This document shows positions 57,826 through 64,000 of a stretch of DNA of 64,000 bases, one piece after another (positions within the stretch are counted from its first letter, which is position 1; every line of letters begins with the position of its first letter). A program made the position numbers and the translations under genes. Origin of the DNA: Leptolyngbyaceae cyanobacterium (lineage in GTDB: Bacteria; Cyanobacteriota; Cyanobacteriia; Phormidesmidales; Phormidesmidaceae); contig CBDHHL010000032.1 in NCBI GenBank assembly GCA_965263355.1, positions 2,528,001 to 2,592,000 on the forward strand. Reading direction: 5' to 3'. The notes under the pieces were generated by a model that was given only the letters and a program-made list of their open reading frames with translations, was not told where the DNA came from and searched no databases.

Positions 57826-58269
57826 ATGAAAGCTACAGCGTCACTCAAACACATGGGGACCCTGACAGTGAGGCTCGGAGATGAAATCGTTGTTGGCGAC
57901 GGACCCAAGGGCACCCGCCACGTCATAGATGTGCGTTCAGCCGAGTTGGTTGCTGAGGGCATTTATGCAACGCTTGCCACCAACGATGCTGCCGATTGGC
58001 TCACCCTCAGTGACAACGGTTCCCTCGGGGCGATGGATGTCAGGCTGACGCTCAAGACTGACGATGGCGCGTTTATCTACGCCGAATATGCCGGGCGTAT
58101 TGAGATGGAAAAAGGTCTACTAGCGACCGCACCGACATTCCAGACGGGTAGTGAAAAATATGCATGGCTCAACCGGGTGCAGGCTGTCGGAGCAGGCATT
58201 GTAAACGATGACAACTCTCTCCTCATTTACCAGCTCTATGAAGTGGTCATCGCGGTTGATAGTGATTGA
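57826..58269 (+). CDS. DUF3237 family protein
   Basis: G.GP.G.R, DW, D.R.TL.TDDGA.IY..Y.G, P.F.TG..KY.WLN. Confidence 0.85.
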   Translation: MKATASLKHMGTLTVRLGDEIVVGDGPKGTRHVIDVRSAELVAEGIYATLATNDAADWLTLSDNGSLGAMDVRLTLKTDDGAFIYAEYAGRIEMEKGLLATAPTFQTGSEKYAWLNRVQAVGAGIVNDDNSLLIYQLYEVVIAVDSD

Positions 58270-58525
58270 TGCGATCGCTCAGCGTAAAACCGCTACTCGT
58301 CTCTCCTCATATCTGCTTCTGATTAGGAAGTATTTGTATTCTGGGGTCTCTGTAACCTTGAGACTATCTATTCTGTTTAACCACTCTCAATTTTTAAGGT
58401 TGTTGCGGCTGCTAGAAATAGATCATTTTTCTGCATGTCTCAACCACTCATCATGGTGGACACGTTCTCCCAAAGCGTCATTCATTTGCCATGTGACAGT
58501 TAATCCTAGAAAAGGAAACCTAGAG

Positions 58526-59770
58526 ATGGATCAAAGTTCATTTGTTGATGCATTGACCGCTAAGGCTGGCTCTAAATTTGTCCTTTGGCAAGGATCAACC
58601 GCTGAGACACACCCGCTCATTGGTTATATCCGTACCAACTGGAGTCAGGATCCTTACTCCTTTGGGTCCTATTCCCATGTAGCCAAAGGATCCAGCCAAC
58701 GGGATCGGGGTGTGATTGAAGCTCCCATCGACAATCGGATTTTCTTTGCTGGGGAAGCAGTCCACCCGAGATATAACAGCAGTGTGCATGCCGCCTATGA
58801 ATCAGGTCTGAGGACGGCAAAGCGAGTTGGCAAAGCTAACGTTGGTCGCATCGCGATCGTTGGTGCTGGTATCAGTGGCCTCGCTGCGGCACATACGCTG
58901 GCTAACCACGGTCTTGATGTCACCGTCCTGGAAGTAAGAGATCGAATTGGGGGACGGGTCTGGACAGATCGAGGTCTCGGGACGGCGGTGGATCTGGGTG
59001 CTAGCTGGATTCACGGAACCGAGGGCAATCCGATCATGAGGCTGGTTGATGCCGTTGGCCAAGAGGTTGTACTCACGGAGAATAACCGCCGCATCATAAA
59101 GGGGCGAGGGGGACGAGTCATGACTGACAAGGACGCCCCGGACTGGTTGGAAGAGGTCCTTGTTACTCAGCATACTGCAGCAACTGCGAGGAACAAGCTC
59201 AACACTTGGCATTACGCGCTTGACAGGCTGTTTCGGGGTGACAATTTTGGCTATTACGGGCCTGATGTCAAGTTTCCCAATGGCTACGATACGATTTTTG
59301 CGGCCTTTGCCGGTGATTACGAGGTTAGGCTTTCATCACGGGTCGAACGGATTTCACTCACTGATGCGGGAGTTGAGATGGGAATCCAAGGTCAAGCCGT
59401 AACTGCCTTCGATGCGGTGATCGTCACAGTCCCTTTGGGTGTACTCAAAAAAGGTGTCATTGCCTTTAATCCCCCCCTTTCTGAACGTAAACAAGGTGCG
59501 ATCGCTCGGTTGGGAATGGGGACGCTTGACAAGGTATATCTGCTATTTAAAGAAGCGTTTTGGGATAATGATCCAACCTGGATAGTTACGCCAGAGAATG
59601 ACTTACCCCCAGGGCAATTTAATAACTGGCTCAACCTTCACCGCTACCTTGGTGTACCCATCATTATGGCCTTCAATGGAGCTACCTCAGCCCTTGATCT
59701 GGCTTGTCTTTCGGATGAAGAAGTGGTTACTCGTGCCCTCCGTACCCTTGAGATTGCTTATCCTGTTTAA
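58526..59770 (+). CDS. flavin-dependent amine oxidase family protein, circularly permuted
   Basis: AAAGGA RBS and ATG at 58526; W..DP.S.GSYS and FFAGE...VH.AY.SG come before GAGISGL..A and E.RDRIGGR. Confidence 0.85.
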   Translation: MDQSSFVDALTAKAGSKFVLWQGSTAETHPLIGYIRTNWSQDPYSFGSYSHVAKGSSQRDRGVIEAPIDNRIFFAGEAVHPRYNSSVHAAYESGLRTAKRVGKANVGRIAIVGAGISGLAAAHTLANHGLDVTVLEVRDRIGGRVWTDRGLGTAVDLGASWIHGTEGNPIMRLVDAVGQEVVLTENNRRIIKGRGGRVMTDKDAPDWLEEVLVTQHTAATARNKLNTWHYALDRLFRGDNFGYYGPDVKFPNGYDTIFAAFAGDYEVRLSSRVERISLTDAGVEMGIQGQAVTAFDAVIVTVPLGVLKKGVIAFNPPLSERKQGAIARLGMGTLDKVYLLFKEAFWDNDPTWIVTPENDLPPGQFNNWLNLHRYLGVPIIMAFNGATSALDLACLSDEEVVTRALRTLEIAYPV

Positions 59771-59814
59771 GTCAGAAAGTATACTGATTCTTCAAATGCA
59801 GGTGGAGCTTAAAA

Positions 59815-60447
59815 GTGACTGATATGCCGATTCAACGTCTAATGCGACTCAGCGACATTATTTTCGCCGTAGCCATGACCATTCTGGCTATCTTCTTTGA
59901 TCCTATACCGCTGGATAACATCTCACCGGAAACAGCAGCTCAATTGCTTATACAGCAGTTACCGGATCTAGGAATTTATGCCCTGACGTTTATCACTCTG
60001 GCATTCTATTGGTTTACCCATGTGCATCAGTTCAAGCACTACCAAAGGACCGATGCGGTTCATACGTTCTTGACGCTGTTTTCCCTCTTATTTGTAGTGC
60101 TGTTTGCCTATGCCAGTGATCTCTCAGGAGCTTATGAGGGCGTATTTGCCATCAATCTGTTCTACAGCATGGCAGCGATAGGGGTGGGTATTTTTTCCAC
60201 TGCTGCGTGGATTTATGGCACTCAAAATCGACGGCTAGTGGCACCTGAGTTGTCCGACGAAACCATTCGCCACATTCGTCAAGAAAGCTATATTGAACCC
60301 AGTATTTATCTACTGGCAATTGGGACAGGTTGGCTGGTTTCCTGGGGATGGAGCATCACTGTGACATTAGGTTTTCCGATCGCTTTTCTGATTCAGACAA
60401 CGGTGTCTCGCCGCCAAACAGAAGAAACTAAAGTTGCCTTGGAGTAA
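59815..60447 (+). CDS. TMEM175 family (DUF1211) membrane protein
   Basis: RL..LSD..FA.AMT.L signature, W..H...F, about 6 TM helices. Confidence 0.88.
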   Translation: MTDMPIQRLMRLSDIIFAVAMTILAIFFDPIPLDNISPETAAQLLIQQLPDLGIYALTFITLAFYWFTHVHQFKHYQRTDAVHTFLTLFSLLFVVLFAYASDLSGAYEGVFAINLFYSMAAIGVGIFSTAAWIYGTQNRRLVAPELSDETIRHIRQESYIEPSIYLLAIGTGWLVSWGWSITVTLGFPIAFLIQTTVSRRQTEETKVALE

Positions 60448-60482
60448 TACCAGTTACTTATGATTAAAGGTGATTAGCTTGG

Positions 60483-60566
60483 AGCTAACAACTGCGCAGG
60501 AGCGGACGGATTGGAAATGCTTGATATTTGCCAAGATTCTGGCCGCCGCTCAGCTTCACGTTATGC
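60483..60566 (+). other. attC-like site (84 bp)
   Basis: AGCTAAC...GCAGGAGCGGACGG...CCGCCGCTCAGC-ttcac-GTTATGC, 35 bp after the TMEM175 stop; extra A in the stem as in canonical attC; spacers slightly non-canonical. Confidence 0.7.
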
Positions 60567-60617
60567 GTGCGAAGTTTGAATAGACTGAACATTGGCCTAG
60601 CGTCATACAAGGCTATT

Positions 60618-61594
60618 TTATATTTGCTGCTTTAAGTAATCACGATACCAGTCTAAAGTGCGCTGAATTCCTATTTCCAAAGGTGTTGCATGATCGCCAA
60701 AATAATCCACCGAGACGCATCATCAAATGCTTGGACATATTTGCTATGGTCTACTATAAATGGCTGTTCAAATTCGTACATCATTTCAACAACTTCCCGT
60801 GCTTCAAGCATAAATAATCCACCGAGACGCATCATGCATTTTCCCATACTACTTATTTTGGGCGAACGCTCAGCCAGTTGAAACGCCAGGGTCAGAAACT
60901 GGCGAGTGGTCACTGTTTGGGCATTGGGAACATGCCAAATCTCTCCTAATGCTTCTGGCTTTTCGCCTAATATTACCAGTGCTTTGCCAAAATCATCGAT
61001 AAATGTGTAGGTATGAGGAATATCCAAATTACCGACTGCCTGGGCTGTTTTACCCTTCAAAATTGAGGGGAAGACGCGTTCCCCCATCATAGACACCAAA
61101 ACATTGGGGCCATAGAAGTCTGAACCACGGGCAATGGCCACCTGCACCAATCCCTGTTGATGCGCTTTGAGCAGTGCCTCTGTCATCTGAGCCCGTGTCT
61201 GTCCCTTACGGGTAGTAGCCGCATTAGGCAAGGCTTCATGCATCGCTCCAGAGACTTCTCCATACATGTAGAGATTTTCAGTGACGACAAGTTTAGTCTG
61301 GTTGGTGGCTACCCCGGCGACAATACTGGCCTGTAATTTGGGAAACAGTTCAGTCCACTGGGTGTAGTTGGGCTGGGCACATTGATAAACTACGGTTGCT
61401 CCTCGGGTTACAGCTTCCACCTGGGCGGCATCATAGGCATCTGCTGCAATCACCTCTACAACTTGAGGGACATCGGCTTTACCACTGCGATTGATCATCC
61501 GAATTTGAACATCACGCTTGAGGAGTTCACCCATAACGGCCTTACCCACAGGCCCTATTCCAACGATAACGTGGAGATTTTTCTGAGTTGTCAT
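60618..61594 (-). pseudogene. NAD-dependent epimerase/dehydratase, frameshifted near the 3' end
   Basis: G.GPVG, NLYMYG, DFYGP, TF..D; removing the 26-bp insert at 60698-60723 restores ...AFGDHATPLEIGIQRTLDWYRDYLKQQI*. Confidence 0.8.
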
Positions 61595-61622
61595 AGGGAT
61601 ACTTGAACGAACGACTATGCCA

Positions 61623-61653
61623 ACGGTAGAGTCTCCCACTGTGTGAGGGTCAA
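61623..61653 (-). promoter_or_regulatory. MerR-type promoter/operator
   Basis: TTGACC-19 nt-TACCGT with dyad CTCACAC-A-GTGGGAG inside the spacer. Confidence 0.8.
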
Positions 61654-61661
61654 GGGGAGGA

Positions 61662-62391
61662 TCAAGTTTTTTGGGTAACTTTCAATGGCTCAATTGGAAC
61701 TTGTAGTTCTACCACCACCGGTTCATCGACCCCTCGCTCCGTTTCTCGGCCAAATAAATGGACTTCTTGAATAGCGCCAGTGCTGGTGTAGTGGTTCATG
61801 CCAAATTGCGATCGCAACCTCCATATCAATAGCCGTTTCGGTATATCCCGCAATATGATAAAGAATGACTTCATGACCAACTGGAGTAATTTTATAATGC
61901 TCTAGCCAGGTGTAGAGCTGGTCCATCGTCCGGCATCGATATTCAGGCATATCCGCGACAGTAGGCACTATCAAACGGCTTGAAGCAAGCCAATAGGCAG
62001 ACACCGGTTTAACAATCACATCGTAGGGAGAAGATTGCTCTACTTGCTCAAGTTGCTTTAAGCGCACAGAAAGGCGAGTTAACTGAACCTCAGCATCTTG
62101 AACTTTTTGCAGCAGATCTTGTTGTTTGGCCTGAAGCATCTGTTTTAGCTGAGTATCAGGCAAATCTTTTTTCAGTAAATCAGCAATTTGCTTTAACGAT
62201 AGTCCCATATCCCTCAGAGCCAAGATTTGGTTTAGTCGAGGCAATTGCTCAATGGTGTAATAGCGATAACTGGTTGAGCAATCGATGTGGCAAGGGAGGA
62301 GTAGTCCCAACTCATCGTAGTGGCGCAGCATTCGTACAGACACCCGCACTAGTTGAGAGAAATCACCAATTTTTAACAAAGTATTTCCCAT
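61662..62391 (-). pseudogene. MerR family regulator with GyrI-like domain, internally deleted/frameshifted
   Basis: KIGDFS.L..VS.RMLRHYD..GLL HTH; the GyrI-like C-terminus (GMNHY..TG.I.EV.L...VVELQVPI) continues in another frame from about 61805. Confidence 0.75.
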
Positions 62392-62474
62392 CCCATCGTT
62401 TGCCAGATCTGGAAAATGAATTGAACAAATAGTCATGAAGATCAATGTCCGAGCAAGACAATTGACAAGTGTTT

Positions 62475-62858
62475 TCACATACGGCGTCGACGCATGACCA
62501 TAGAATGCCACGGAATAAACGCAAGAACACTGATTTCGACCACCGTCGCAACAATCATCGGCGGGTCAGGGAGTCCGACCTGGCTCATAGAATAAAGGCG
62601 AGCCACACCACCAAGCGCCATCGTAATGAACATAATCCGCATTACCGGGCCTGCAATCTCCAGATTGCGCACGCACCAAATGGTCAGAAAGAACACAAGG
62701 GTGAACCAAATCGCGTAGAATCGCAGCTGATTGTCGAGATTGGCGGTTACTTGATCTGTCGGAACGAACCGCCCGGCACCGAAGATAAAGTTGATGATCC
62801 CAACCATCAGTGGAATCGTGGCGACAACGAGCATTGTGATCTGAAGGGTACGTCTCAT
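62475..62858 (-). CDS. DUF4345-like membrane protein
   Basis: LDNQLRFY, GG.ARL.S....G.P, E; four hydrophobic helices. Confidence 0.75.
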   Translation of the reverse strand: MRRTLQITMLVVATIPLMVGIINFIFGAGRFVPTDQVTANLDNQLRFYAIWFTLVFFLTIWCVRNLEIAGPVMRIMFITMALGGVARLYSMSQVGLPDPPMIVATVVEISVLAFIPWHSMVMRRRRM

Positions 62859-62995
62859 AAATTGACTTCCTTTGATGATTACATTCCAAAGCACTTTGCG
62901 ACAATTCTTTAGAAGGCCGCTTTAGGCGTAGCTAATTTGAAAAACATTACGCATTTGCTTTATGACATAGGCACTCAATGCCATAAGTTTTCCTG

Positions 62996-63034
62996 AATCT
63001 GAACACCGATCAGAATATGATCGGTGTTCAGATT
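62996..63034. promoter_or_regulatory. probable TetR operator
   Basis: 17-bp perfect arms AATCTGAACACCGATCA / TGATCGGTGTTCAGATT next to a minus-strand TTGACA (63035-63040) in the divergent gap. Confidence 0.7.
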
Positions 63035-63079
63035 TGTCAAGAAGGTACGATGTGAAAGTTGCAGGGAAACGTTTTAAAG

Positions 63080-63676
63080 ATGCGAACGGATGAACGAGAA
63101 CGCTCTGCCTATCATCACGGTGACTTACCCCGTGTCCTGCTGGCAAAAGCAGTCGAGTTGCTCGATGAACGCGGTGTTGAAGGATTTAGTCTGCGCGAAG
63201 TTGCTCGTCGGGCCAAAGTCGCTGCAGCTGCTCCATCTCATCACTTTGGGAACGTTTCGGGCTTGCTGACTGCCGTCGCGACAGAAGGCTTTCGACAATT
63301 GGCTTCAGATTTCAAAGATGTGCTCAAGCAAGATTTAGAGCCGGTAGAGCAGGTTATTGGTATGTGCGAAGCCTACATCAATCACCATCAACGATACCCT
63401 GGTACAGTTTCGATTATGTTTCGTCGGGAGCTTCTGGACAATAACAATGCTAGCCTTTTGGAAGTGCGTCCCAAGTCGCTCCATTTGCTAAAGGACGCAG
63501 TGCGTAGTGCTATTTCAGAAGATGCATCAGGAGAGCGGGTTGACTGGGTCGCCAAGATTTTATGGGCAACGATGCATGGCCTGGTCACGCTGCAGATGGA
63601 AGACAGTGAGATGCTGAGCGCACGAGTCGCATTTGCGGCACGCTCTGTGCTTGCTGGCTCCGATTCTAAAATCTGA
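63080..63676 (+). CDS. TetR/AcrR family regulator (WHG-type C-terminus)
   Basis: YHHGDL, SLREVARRA.V...AP.HHF, LWA..HG...L. Confidence 0.92.
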   Translation: MRTDERERSAYHHGDLPRVLLAKAVELLDERGVEGFSLREVARRAKVAAAAPSHHFGNVSGLLTAVATEGFRQLASDFKDVLKQDLEPVEQVIGMCEAYINHHQRYPGTVSIMFRRELLDNNNASLLEVRPKSLHLLKDAVRSAISEDASGERVDWVAKILWATMHGLVTLQMEDSEMLSARVAFAARSVLAGSDSKI

Positions 63677-63837
63677 ATAACATTGTTAATTAACTCTATT
63701 GTGCAATGGGGCTATATAATATTGAACTTTGCGTTATGAGCACTCTGTTTGGCCCTTGAGGCACAGGCTATAGACAGAAAGAGAGATAAGCGATAGCTTA
63801 CCTCTCGGTGCGTGAATAAACGTCTGGGCAGATTTTT

Positions 63838-64000
63838 TTAATGGAGCGATGGGTTGTGGCGAATCAAGTCCATAAACTCTTGACGCGTGCGGGCATCGTC
63901 AGCAAACACCCCTTGCATCGAACTAGTGACAGTCCAAGAACCTGGCTTCTGCACCCCGCGCATCACCATACACATATGAGACGCTTCGACGACAACTGCC
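63838..64000 (-). CDS. folE: GTP cyclohydrolase I, C-terminal part
   Basis: Own translation: [53 protein letters not shown]. Confidence 0.95.
   Translation of the reverse strand, partial: AVVVEASHMCMVMRGVQKPGSWTVTSSMQGVFADDARTRQEFMDLIRHNPSLH

Noticed and set aside
58208..58525. 106-aa N-terminal extension of the amine oxidase ORF
   Set aside because: It overlaps DUF3237, has non-protein-like composition, and a good RBS and ATG exist at 58526.

Overview
Cyanobacterial chromosomal window. The frequent HIP1 octamer GCGATCGC and the gene repertoire (CHAT, CHASE2, DUF928, DUF1822, Uma2, PEP-CTERM) point to a filamentous Leptolyngbya-like genome; this assignment is inference. Region 0.6-35 kb is an envelope and secretion island: three filamentous-haemagglutinin (TpsA-like) genes, two exported TPR-CHAT proteases, a PEP-CTERM metalloprotease, a second secreted Zn-protease, an RTX protein, a 7-repeat FG-GAP-like propeller, a CHASE2-GGDEF-EAL protein, and an operon of ECF-like sigma factor, DUF1822, CHAT-CHASE2 and DUF928. 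The main finding is a bipartite motif, GCAGAT-N17-TGAGA(C/T), upstream of three secreted-protein genes, with a variant upstream of the sigma-like gene itself; this suggests an undescribed CHAT-protease-controlled sigma regulon. Region 36-48 kb is mostly ordinary (Uma2, Tat metallophosphoesterase, glgB, a two-component pair, a diguanylate cyclase). Region 48.5-63.7 kb is an accessory, partly decaying island with MITE-like elements, two 84-bp attC-like sites but no integrase, a DUF6236-like gene plus vapBC, tandem MpaB-like oxygenase paralogs, a circularly permuted flavin amine oxidase, and a damaged MerR/epimerase pair. The window ends in folE. Family names come from motif recognition only; no searches were run.
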